A DNA stretch of 37,037 nucleotides from an uncultured Kiloniellaceae bacterium. Lineage in GTDB: Bacteria; Desulfobacterota; Deferrisomatia; Deferrisomatales; BM512. Positions 16,315 through 24,030 of the stretch are shown here, piece after piece (positions within the stretch are counted from its first letter, which is position 1; each line of letters opens with the position of its first letter). Position numbers and translations under genes: made by a program. The notes under the pieces were generated by a model. It was given only the letters and a program-made list of their open reading frames with translations. It had not been told where the DNA came from and searched no databases. The stretch covers positions 1 through 37,037 of the forward strand of contig CAXMSR010000001.1 of NCBI GenBank assembly GCA_964195725.1. The letters are read 5' to 3'.

Positions 16315-16372
16315 AAGCGGTGGGACAAGCAGTAAACCTGAAATCAACCAAAGCCACAAAAATGGAGCATAA

Positions 16373-16795
16373 ATGACTAGCGAAACACAGATTAAAGTCC
16401 GTGGTTACCACCTGGACGTCTACGGCCACGTCAACAACGCCAGATATCTGGAATTTCTGGAAGAAGGGCGCTGGCAAGCCTTCGAAGAACAAGGCAGCTT
16501 CGACGCCCTCACAAAAGCAGGGCTGGGTTTCTCCGTCGTCAACATCAACATCAACTACCGGCGCCCGGCGCTTCTGGGCGACGTGCTCGCAATCGAAACC
16601 TCGCTAAAATCAATCAGCAACAAGAGCGCCATAATGCACCAAGTGGTGCGCCTTAGCGACACGACAAAAATCGTCGCCCAAGCCGACGTCACCTTCGTAA
16701 TGGTCTCGTCTCAATCTGGCCGCGCCGTCGAGCTGAATGAGGCGCTTATGGAAAAGCTGGGGTTGGCGGGTATGCACGAAAGTGGCGCTGAATAG
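16373..16795 (+). CDS. Acyl-CoA thioesterase, YbgC/4HBT (hotdog) family
   Basis: 140 aa with YHLDVYGHVNNARYLEFLEE, the catalytic-Asp region typical of YbgC-type thioesterases. GGAG RBS. Confidence 0.8.
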   Translation: MTSETQIKVRGYHLDVYGHVNNARYLEFLEEGRWQAFEEQGSFDALTKAGLGFSVVNININYRRPALLGDVLAIETSLKSISNKSAIMHQVVRLSDTTKIVAQADVTFVMVSSQSGRAVELNEALMEKLGLAGMHESGAE

Positions 16796-17189
16796 CGAAC
16801 AGATTAGATATTAACTCCTTCGAGGAGCGTTAGCTCCGAGCCCGCCTCTGACTTGGCCTTTGACCCACCCTCCCCCGTTAGCACCCGAGTGAGCGAAGGC
16901 GAGCGCGCTTAGGCGCATGCGTGTCTGAGGCCGAAGGCCGAGTTTCATGCGCCTTGCGAGCCGCAGCGAACGCTTGCGCACGGGCGGGCGCTTTCGGGGT
17001 GCGCCCCAGCGGGACTTATTCCCGCGTTACCCGATATTTTTTAGTTTCAGGCACAGCCTGACAACTTCCAAAGGAGGGATCGCGTCATCCCTCCTTGGTC
17101 GCCAAGAGCCTCCGAAGGAGGCGTGGCGAAACGCCTTTGACGTTGATCTCGAATTTGACCCCGACCTTGACTCAAAACAAACAGAAAAA

Positions 17190-17210
17190 GCCCACCTGTA
17201 TAAGGTGGGC
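17190..17210 (-). terminator. Intrinsic terminator of the cobQ/small-ORF transcript
   Basis: Stem GCCCACC / GGTGGGC with loop TGTATAA. On the minus strand it is followed by TTTTTCTGTTTGTTTT. Confidence 0.7.
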
Positions 17211-17269
17211 TTCCGATCATCCTGACCACTTGGGGCAAAGCCCCACCCCAAAAAAGGCGGCAGCCCCCC

Positions 17270-17443
17270 CTAGTCTAACCCCATCGCCTTCTCCAGCCGC
17301 GCAACCTCGACTTCCAGCTCGGCGCGCTCGGCGTCGCCGAGCCCCCCTCTCTCCAGCTTGCGCTTTAGCCCCATCAGCCGCATCTCTTCGCGGTAGTCGG
17401 AGCAGCCGTAGTTTTTGCTGACACCTTTGCTGGAGCCGCTCAT
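17270..17443 (-). CDS. Small conserved-looking hypothetical protein (57 aa), translationally coupled to cobQ
   Basis: Not in the ORF track (under 60 aa). My translation is MSGSSKGVSKNYGCSDYREEMRLMGLKRKLERGGLGDAERAELEVEVARLEKAMGLD. The ATG overlaps the cobQ TGA (ATGA), codons are GC3-rich, and the terminator lies 60 nt downstream. Confidence 0.45.
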   Translation of the reverse strand: MSGSSKGVSKNYGCSDYREEMRLMGLKRKLERGGLGDAERAELEVEVARLEKAMGLD

Positions 17444-18957
17444 GCGCCCTGCTCAATGATCTTCAGGATCGCTTCGATGTCGAGGCACTCTGCCAAGAGC
17501 GCGGCGAGTTTTTCGTAGCCCTCTTCTTTTTTGGCGGCGAACGATTGCGTCTGGACGTGGTGGCCCCGGTGTTTTGCCAAGAGCGCGTGGCGAAAGTTGT
17601 CGTTGTCGAAGATGCCGTGCAGGTAGGTGCCCGCCACCGTGGCGTCGGGGCTCACCGCGCCGTCGCTGTGGAATTCGTCGCCCTCCATGCGACGCAGCTT
17701 CATCAGCGGCGTGGCGCCGCCCCCAAGGGTGGTGCGTCCCATGTGGATCTCGTAGCCATGCAGCTCTTCGCTGTCTTCGCTGTCTGCGCACCAGCCAAGC
17801 GCGCCGCGCTCGATCACGCCTCTGGAGAGCGCGGTGACTTTGTCGGTCTCCATCACCGGCTCGATGTCCAAGAGCCCCAGCCCCGCGATCTCGGGGGTCG
17901 AGCCCTCTACGGCGTCGGGGTCGCGCACTACTTTGCCCCGCATCTGGTAGCCGCCGCATACCCCTACTATGGAAGCGCCTCTCTGGTGCGCCGCCAGCAC
18001 TTGGTCCGCCAGCCCCGCTTCGCGCAACGTCTTTAAGTCGTCGATGGTGTTTTTTGACCCGGGGAGGATGACGATGTCGGCGTCGCCAAGCTTGCCGCCC
18101 GGCCTGACAAAGTCGAGCACTACGCCCTCTTCGCCGAGGAAGGGGTCGAAATCGGTGAAGTTGGACATTCTGCGCGCCACCACCACCGCCACCCGCAGGG
18201 TGCCGGTGCCTTCAGCGTCGCCTGCGCTGTCAAAATGCAGGCCGTCTTCTTCTTGTATGAAGATGTCGGTGTACCACGGCACGGTACCGAGAAAGGGCTT
18301 GCCGGTGCGCTTGGAGATCGCCTCATATGCGGGGTCGAGAAGGGTTGCGTCGCCCCGGAATTTATTGATGATGAAGCCCTTGATTAATCGCGCCTCTTCG
18401 GGGGCGATCAGCTCCAGCGTGCCCACCAGGGAGGCGAAGACGCCGCCCTTGTTGATGTCGCCCACCAAGAGCACCGGCGCTTTGGCCTCCAGCGCAAAGC
18501 CCATGTTGGCGATGTCGCCCTCGCGCAGATTTATCTCGGCCGGGCTGCCCGCGCCCTCTATCAGGATGAGGTCGTGGCGGCTTTTGAGGCGATTGTAGCT
18601 GTCGAAGACGACTTCGCGCGCCTTGTGTTTGAACTCGTGGTACTGCACCGCCTTCATGTTGGAGTGAACCTTGCCCTGGAGGATGACCTGCGCGCCCACG
18701 TCGGTGGTGGGCTTTAAGAGCACCGGGTTCATGTCCACATGGGGGGCCAGCCGCGCGGCCTCGGCCTGCACCACCTGGGCGCGGCCCATCTCAGCCCCCT
18801 CGGCGGTAATGCAGGAGTTTAGCGCCATGTTCTGCGGTTTGAAGGGGGCGACGTCTACGCCGCGATTGGCCAAGAGCCTGCACAACCCCGCCACCAGCAC
18901 CGATTTGCCTACATCGGAGCCGCACCCCTGTATCATTAACGATTGTGCCATAGTCAT
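17440..18957 (-). CDS. cobQ: Cobyric acid synthase CobQ/CbiP
   Basis: 505 aa with LMIQGCGSDVGKS (P-loop-like), APFKPQNMALNS, and a C-terminal GATase domain (VGVCGGYQM, YEIHMG, GTYLHG). Confidence 0.9.
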   Translation of the reverse strand: MTMAQSLMIQGCGSDVGKSVLVAGLCRLLANRGVDVAPFKPQNMALNSCITAEGAEMGRAQVVQAEAARLAPHVDMNPVLLKPTTDVGAQVILQGKVHSNMKAVQYHEFKHKAREVVFDSYNRLKSRHDLILIEGAGSPAEINLREGDIANMGFALEAKAPVLLVGDINKGGVFASLVGTLELIAPEEARLIKGFIINKFRGDATLLDPAYEAISKRTGKPFLGTVPWYTDIFIQEEDGLHFDSAGDAEGTGTLRVAVVVARRMSNFTDFDPFLGEEGVVLDFVRPGGKLGDADIVILPGSKNTIDDLKTLREAGLADQVLAAHQRGASIVGVCGGYQMRGKVVRDPDAVEGSTPEIAGLGLLDIEPVMETDKVTALSRGVIERGALGWCADSEDSEELHGYEIHMGRTTLGGGATPLMKLRRMEGDEFHSDGAVSPDATVAGTYLHGIFDNDNFRHALLAKHRGHHVQTQSFAAKKEEGYEKLAALLAECLDIEAILKIIEQGA

Positions 18958-19057
18958 TTCAGATAATTTCCACTGTCAATACGGACGTTGCCCATTGGCC
19001 TCGCAGACGGCTAGAATGGAGTGATTAACCCACCCCAACCTACAAGAAGGCCGATAA

Positions 19058-19246
19058 ATGGAAGAGAACGGACAGAACCAGCTCGAAGACGAGGCCGCAC
19101 CAAGGCAGAACCCCACCCCCGAAGAGGAGGCACCGCCCCCCTTTAGCCGCAAGAAGAAGCTGGCCCACGCCGCGTTCTGGGTCGCAGCCTGCTACGTCAC
19201 CTGGCTATTGTCGGTGAAGCTGATGATGTGGGTCACGGGTAACTAG
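19058..19246 (+). CDS. Small hypothetical membrane protein
   Basis: 62 aa: an acidic/Pro-rich N-terminus, a KKK motif, then one TM segment (AAFWVAACYVTWLLSV). AGAAGG RBS and GC3-rich codons. Confidence 0.45.
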   Translation: MEENGQNQLEDEAAPRQNPTPEEEAPPPFSRKKKLAHAAFWVAACYVTWLLSVKLMMWVTGN

Positions 19247-19297
19247 CTGATCCGCAGTACTCCGGCCCTCTGCACCCCGGCCCTCCGGGCTACTCCG

Positions 19298-19786
19298 CTA
19301 GAAGGGGAGCGCGACGCCGAAATTTATGCCGAAGAAGCCATCGGAGTTGTCTCCCAGAATCGTACCCAGCTCAACTTCGCCGTAGAGCGCCAGTCCCGGC
19401 TTAATGTAATTTTTGTAGCCCACCACTGCGCTGGTTATCAACTCCAGATCGCTGTCGCTGTCTACCTTTACGATGCCCACCCCTGCCGTCACGCCTGCGT
19501 AGGCGGCGCTTACATCATTGATGGGGAAGAGGTAGATGGCCTCGGCCGCGCCGGTGTGCGCCGTGTCTCCGCCCAGGCCCGACTGGACTCTGGCACCCAG
19601 CAGCAGCAGATCGGTGTAGTAGATGTCGATGCGCCCCGTCAAGACCAACATAGTGTCGGCGTTTTCAAGGAATCTGCCGCCGAGAGACCCCGAAAACTCG
19701 ACGTCGCCCTGCTTGGGCATTGCCGCCCAGGAGGTAACCGAAACGAGGACCAGAGCTGCCGCTACCAGAAGTTTCAAGGTTTTCAT
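19298..19786 (-). CDS. Small outer-membrane beta-barrel protein (OmpX/OmpW/OmpA-TM-like)
   Basis: 162 aa. It has a signal peptide MKTLKLLVAAALVLVSVTSWA, alternating hydrophobic beta-strand pattern, aromatic girdle residues and a C-terminal ...GVALPF (terminal Phe). Confidence 0.7.
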   Translation of the reverse strand: MKTLKLLVAAALVLVSVTSWAAMPKQGDVEFSGSLGGRFLENADTMLVLTGRIDIYYTDLLLLGARVQSGLGGDTAHTGAAEAIYLFPINDVSAAYAGVTAGVGIVKVDSDSDLELITSAVVGYKNYIKPGLALYGEVELGTILGDNSDGFFGINFGVALPF

Positions 19787-19949
19787 CGATCTTGCTCCTT
19801 TATGGTGAGACTTCGTGTGTAATTTCTACACTCAATATATTCCCCGTTGTCGTTGTACGCAAGCGCCTGATGTTCACACCGGGGGCGCCACCGCCTCTTG
19901 CGCTTCCTGCCTAATCACACCCGCAACCCTGCGGGCCCGTATCGACGCT

Positions 19950-21119
19950 TCACGTAAACCCCGGTCGGCGTCGCTGAGACAGATATGCGTAGAGCAGCGC
20001 GCCCACCAACAACGCCGCCGAGACAGTGCCCAAAAGCGCCGTCTCCTCGGCGTTTGCCGTCAGCGCCGCCACGGTGGCGGTCATCTCCAGCGAAGAGTAC
20101 ACCCAGTCGAGCGCCACCCCCATCGCCAGCGCGCTTAACGCAATCGAGGCGAGATAACGAAGCGAAGCACCCAGGCCCAAACTTTTTCCCACCGCTATCA
20201 GGGTGGCTACGTTGGTGGCAGGCCCCACCAGCAAAAAGACGAGCGCAGCACCGGGGCTAAGCCCCTTCAATATCAACGCGGCGGCCACCGGGGTAGACGC
20301 GGTGGCGCAGATATACATGGGAACCCCGGCCACAAGCATCACCAGCATAGCCACAAAGCCGCCGCCGAGCCCCGCTTCTAGCCACCCCTGCGGCACCAGC
20401 GCCGAGATAGCCCCGGCGGCCACGATCCCCACCGCCAGCCAGGGGGCGATCTCCCACAAAAGCTCCACAAAGCCGTATTTCAGACCCGCCGCCAAGCGCG
20501 CCGCCAAGCTCTCTTTATTCTTACCGGAGGAGACTTCTTCCCCGCAGCCCGCTTTTAAATCAGAAGCGGTGCCGATCTTTGAACCAGAATCGGAGGCGCA
20601 GCCGACTTTTAAATCAGAAGCGCAGCCTACCTCTGAAGCAGAATCGCAGGCGCAGCCGACCTTTGAACCGGAGGCGGGCGCCACCTCATCGCGGGTGCCC
20701 ACCACCGTCTCTACCACCCCGGCTACCACCGCCGTTACCAGCGCCGAAAGGGGCCGCCACACCGTCATCAAGGGGTCCATCAGCGCGTAGGTCACCGCGA
20801 TAGAGTCCACCCCCGTTTCCGGTGTGGAGATGAGAAACGACACCGTCGCACCCTTCGTCGCACCCTGCTTGCGAAGCCCCATCGCCGCAGGCAACACCCC
20901 GCACGAGCAGAGCGGCAGGGGTATCCCCCACAGCGCGGCACGCACCACAGGGCCAAACCCCTTGCCCCCCAGATGCGCCCCCACGGCTTCGGTCGAGACA
21001 AAAGCCTGCACCAGCCCGGCGGCGGCAAACCCCAGAATCAACCAGGGCGCGGCCTCCACCAGCACCAGCCACGAGTGGGCCAGAACATTAATCGCTATTT
21101 CAACAACTGCTGCAAACAT
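19950..21119 (-). CDS. UPF0718/DUF318-family permease (ArsP / SO_0444-like putative metal(loid) efflux protein) with a Cys-repeat cytoplasmic loop
   Basis: 389 aa, multi-TM, with PLPLCSCGVLP (vicinal Cys motif of this family). The central loop is GSKVGCACDSASEVGCASDLKVGCASDSGSKIGTASDLKAGCG. The gene is immediately downstream of an ArsR-family gene. Confidence 0.65.
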   Translation of the reverse strand: MFAAVVEIAINVLAHSWLVLVEAAPWLILGFAAAGLVQAFVSTEAVGAHLGGKGFGPVVRAALWGIPLPLCSCGVLPAAMGLRKQGATKGATVSFLISTPETGVDSIAVTYALMDPLMTVWRPLSALVTAVVAGVVETVVGTRDEVAPASGSKVGCACDSASEVGCASDLKVGCASDSGSKIGTASDLKAGCGEEVSSGKNKESLAARLAAGLKYGFVELLWEIAPWLAVGIVAAGAISALVPQGWLEAGLGGGFVAMLVMLVAGVPMYICATASTPVAAALILKGLSPGAALVFLLVGPATNVATLIAVGKSLGLGASLRYLASIALSALAMGVALDWVYSSLEMTATVAALTANAEETALLGTVSAALLVGALLYAYLSQRRRPGFT

Positions 21120-21124
21120 CGCTT

Positions 21125-21517
21125 CTATCGACCGCCTTCCTTGACATGCTCAAATCCCTGGGAGAAGAGCTGGGCTACATGCTCGTCGTCCAGGGCGTAA
21201 AAAACCATCTTCCCCTCGCGGCGCGAGCGCACCAGCCGGTGGGCCTTCAGCAGCCTTAAATGGTGCGAAATAGCGGCAGAGCTGACCCCGAAGAGCTCGG
21301 CCAGATCGCACACGCAGAGCCTGGCCCCGCTGCTGCCTTCGCCCTCGCCCCCGCCATCGGGAACAGTGCTGCCAAGCGCTAGCAAAATCCCGCTCCTCGT
21401 AGGGTCGCCCAGCACCTTGAAGAGCTCGGCCAAGCGCCCTAGCGGCGCGCCCTCAAGTGCCGCTCTCGCCTCACGGAGCGCTTCGGGGTGAAGCGCACTT
21501 TGCGTACAGACATCCAA
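21125..21517 (-). CDS. ArsR/SmtB-family metalloregulator
   Basis: 130 aa with LGDPTR, LCVCDL (CVC metal(loid) site) and ISHHLRLLK (recognition helix). The TTG start lies 5 nt after GAAGGAGGG. Confidence 0.85.
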   Translation of the reverse strand: MDVCTQSALHPEALREARAALEGAPLGRLAELFKVLGDPTRSGILLALGSTVPDGGGEGEGSSGARLCVCDLAELFGVSSAAISHHLRLLKAHRLVRSRREGKMVFYALDDEHVAQLFSQGFEHVKEGGR

Positions 21518-21567
21518 ATCGGCCCTCCTTCGCCCCGAATACCAACCCGCTACCGGAGCACGCTAAT

Positions 21568-21593
21568 AACAATTCAACATGTGTTTAATTGTT
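21568..21593. promoter_or_regulatory. 12-2-12 imperfect inverted repeat, candidate ArsR/SmtB operator
   Basis: AACAATTCAACA-TG-TGTTTAATTGTT, with 11/12 complementary positions, 51-76 bp upstream of the ArsR start. The 12-2-12 geometry matches known ArsR/SmtB operators. Confidence 0.55.
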
Positions 21594-21823
21594 CCAGCTT
21601 TCCACCCTCATGTCAACTACCCGCTAAACCCCTTGGCGGCCCTACGACGGATCACGGTCAGACCAGCGACAGAGATCTAAGCCGGAAGGTGTCCAAACCA
21701 CCGCTGTGGGGTATCATCTATTCCTGTAGGGGTACTATTCAGCTCTCGGCAGGGTATTATCTGGCTAGAAGCAACTGAAAACCGGCTAGAGGCAACTTAA
21801 ACAAACTGTGCGAGGCAAACATC

Positions 21824-22429
21824 TTGCGAATATCCCAGGCTGCGGCGGTTCTGCTCATTGCGCTGACTCTCGTGAGCTGCAAAGCCCTGACTGCAAACGT
21901 CGAGCACGCACCGCTGCCCCCTTCGCAGCCATCCACGGGGCTTAGCGTCCTCTTCGGCTCGGCCGAGCAGGAGCGGTACACCGTCCGCGAGGTTCCATTT
22001 TCGGCCGCTAACGCCTACCCGGCAAACGAGTGGTTCAGAGAAAAGCTGACGCAGTGGAGCGCCACTGCCCCCCTTGCAGCGACGGCAGCCGGGCCAGCCA
22101 CCCTGCGCATAACCGTAAGAAACATCAACACCGACCTCGACGTTCTGGGCGAGGACGGCGTCGGCTCCTCCGGTGGAGTAGCTTTCGGCGCAGCCACCTA
22201 CCCCACCTACGCCTCGATCCACAAAACAGTACACATCCACCTGACCGCTTCGCTGGAAAGACCCGGCACCCCACCCTGCGTACAAAAGTTCACCGGGCGG
22301 GCCACCGAACAGCGCGCGCTCTGGATTCCCCGTCACCCCTTCCACAGCGCCTACGATTTCGAACCGACATTTCACCGGGCCATCGACGACGCCATCAGGC
22401 AACTGGACGAGTGGAACTGCGGGGAGTAA
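21824..22429 (+). CDS. Hypothetical lipoprotein
   Basis: 201 aa. The TTG start is preceded by GAGG. It has a signal peptide with lipobox LTLVSC and GC3-rich codons. It is preferred over the overlapping antisense ORF 21797..22465. Confidence 0.6.
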   Translation: MRISQAAAVLLIALTLVSCKALTANVEHAPLPPSQPSTGLSVLFGSAEQERYTVREVPFSAANAYPANEWFREKLTQWSATAPLAATAAGPATLRITVRNINTDLDVLGEDGVGSSGGVAFGAATYPTYASIHKTVHIHLTASLERPGTPPCVQKFTGRATEQRALWIPRHPFHSAYDFEPTFHRAIDDAIRQLDEWNCGE

Positions 22430-22652
22430 GGGAGAGCAAAAACGGGCCAACAGCCGAAATGCCAAGAGGCACTGCCCCGCATCCAGCCATCCTCTACAGT
22501 ACTCCCCTCCAGTATTGCTCTGACTACCTACTAGAAATCAGGCGACCTCTTTTGTCCTCTCCGGGCATGTGTGATAGAAGGGGGAGGCTTCAAACGCAAA
22601 CTGGCGCGAACCGGCGATTTTGCCGAGATGGCTCCTTACCTCATAGTGACTA

Positions 22653-23258
22653 ATGGACTTACTACTTCAAATCCTGGGGGGCGGCTGCTACCTCCTCAAC
22701 AAAATCTTTTTCGCCCTCGCCGAGGGAAAGCGTGAAGCTGTAAAGAGAAGGCTCAAGCTCGTCGGCTGGGTCGTCTATATCCTCGGAGTACCGGCCTGGG
22801 TGATAATCCTGGTGGGTAAACACAACTGGATCGCCGCCGCTGTAGAGGCGGGCGGAGTGCCCGCCATGGTTTTCGGGCTTTTCAATGTGTACCACCGGGT
22901 AAAAAAGCCTAGAAGAAGCTTCGACATGCTGACGGCGATCTTCACCTATTGCGCGCTGATACTGGGCGTCGCCTACAGCGTCTACGACAACGGCGGAATC
23001 GGCGGCCTGTCCCAACTGTTGGAAATAGGCGTCGTGGTGGGCTTTCTCATGGGGAGCTACCTGCTCGCTAAAAACAACCTCAACGGCTGGCTCTTCTTCA
23101 TGCTGATGAACGCCTCGATGGGGACGCTGATGTTGCATCAGGGCAAACCGCTGTTAGCGGTGCAGCAGCTGGTGTCGCTTGGGTTTGTGCTCTACGGCTT
23201 CAGGATCGCGACTCGGGAGAAGAGCGCGTCAAAACGGCTGGACACCAGAGCTGCTTAA
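22653..23258 (+). CDS. Multi-pass membrane protein, possibly PnuC-like transporter
   Basis: 201 aa with about 6 hydrophobic segments. NGWLFFMLMNASMGTLMLHQG resembles the W-x-x-W/F-x3-N...G pattern of PnuC-family transporters. The family call is weak. Confidence 0.5.
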   Translation: MDLLLQILGGGCYLLNKIFFALAEGKREAVKRRLKLVGWVVYILGVPAWVIILVGKHNWIAAAVEAGGVPAMVFGLFNVYHRVKKPRRSFDMLTAIFTYCALILGVAYSVYDNGGIGGLSQLLEIGVVVGFLMGSYLLAKNNLNGWLFFMLMNASMGTLMLHQGKPLLAVQQLVSLGFVLYGFRIATREKSASKRLDTRAA

Positions 23259-23427
23259 AGCCGCTCTGGCACTTTGGCTCTGTCCCGTATGCCGCCTTTT
23301 GCACTGCCCACGCAGCACTCCCCTCCCCGGTCGATCAAGCCGTAAAGCGGCGAGCAAACGCCTTTGACATTGACCTCGGCTCCAAAACGACTAGAAACCC
23401 CCTCCCCTCTGGGTTATCATCCCCCCC

Positions 23428-23889
23428 ATGACTGACACCGGTAATAAAAAGATCTTCGCTGAATTTTTCGAGTGCCCCTCCAGCCACTGGAAGCGCGACC
23501 TGTGCAAGCGGGTGGCCGAGCAGTACGCCGCAGGCGTCAGGGTCTATGTCTGGGCCGAGTCCCAGGCCGAGGCGTTTGAGCTCGACGAGCTCCTCTGGAC
23601 CTTTGACGAGGGCTCGTTCATACCCCACTGCCTCTGGTCGAGCGAGGGCGGGGGCATCTGCGCCGATGCGGTGGCGGTGGGCTGGCTGCCCCAGAGCCCC
23701 AACGACGCCACGGTGCTGGTGGTAGCAGGCGCGCACGGCGAGGAGGAACTGCTGGAGTTTGGCGGCAGTTTTGGCCGCATACTCGATTTTGTCCCCACCC
23801 TGGACCAGCGGGCCAAGACCGCCGCACGCGCACGCTACAAGGCGCTCAACGGCGGGGGCTTTTCCATGCGCTTTCATCCCTCCGGGTAG
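23428..23889 (+). CDS. holC: DNA polymerase III chi subunit
   Basis: 153 aa with LDELLWTFDEGSFIPH, the HolC signature, at the typical size. Confidence 0.8.
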   Translation: MTDTGNKKIFAEFFECPSSHWKRDLCKRVAEQYAAGVRVYVWAESQAEAFELDELLWTFDEGSFIPHCLWSSEGGGICADAVAVGWLPQSPNDATVLVVAGAHGEEELLEFGGSFGRILDFVPTLDQRAKTAARARYKALNGGGFSMRFHPSG

Positions 23890-23970
23890 CGCCCGAAACC
23901 GGGGTGTTACCTGCCAGACACCCGCCAGACGTTCACCATAAATCCGTCAGCCATCCGCCAGCTGTATCAT

Positions 23971-24014
23971 CAGACGTTCACCAGACGTTCATCAGGCGTT
24001 CGCCAGACGTTCGC
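23971..24014. repeat. Four tandem 11-bp repeats (CAGrCGTTCry) upstream of the ribF promoter
   Basis: cagacgttcac / cagacgttcat / caggcgttcgc / cagacgttcgc, read directly. There is an additional isolated copy at 23926-23936. Confidence 0.9.
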
Positions 24015-24030
24015 CTGATATAGCCCCGCC

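Noticed and set aside
18958-19057. Possible riboswitch or leader upstream of cobQ
   Set aside because: The 100-nt region shows none of the conserved cobalamin-riboswitch blocks, and it is shared with the divergent small ORF promoter. It is too short for the aptamer plus expression platform.
20544-20681. The DNA repeats inside the permease gene as an independent (non-coding) repeat element
   Set aside because: They stay in frame and encode a coherent Cys/Asp/Ser/Gly peptide repeat within an uninterrupted ORF, so they are treated as an intragenic coding repeat.
22430-22652. A 220-nt leader upstream of the PnuC-like gene, examined for TPP, FMN, NAD+ or preQ1 riboswitch signatures
   Set aside because: I could not recognise CTGAGA...ACCTGATCTGG (TPP), the FMN core or other known aptamer blocks in the right order. 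An Rfam scan could revisit this.
23270-23290. TGGCAC at 23272-23277 (tggcactttggctc) as a sigma54 -24 element, possibly a PilR target
   Set aside because: There is no GC/TTGC -12 element at the required spacing (GG-N10-GC). Other TGGCAC occurrences (7384, 27433, 28572) are inside coding regions.
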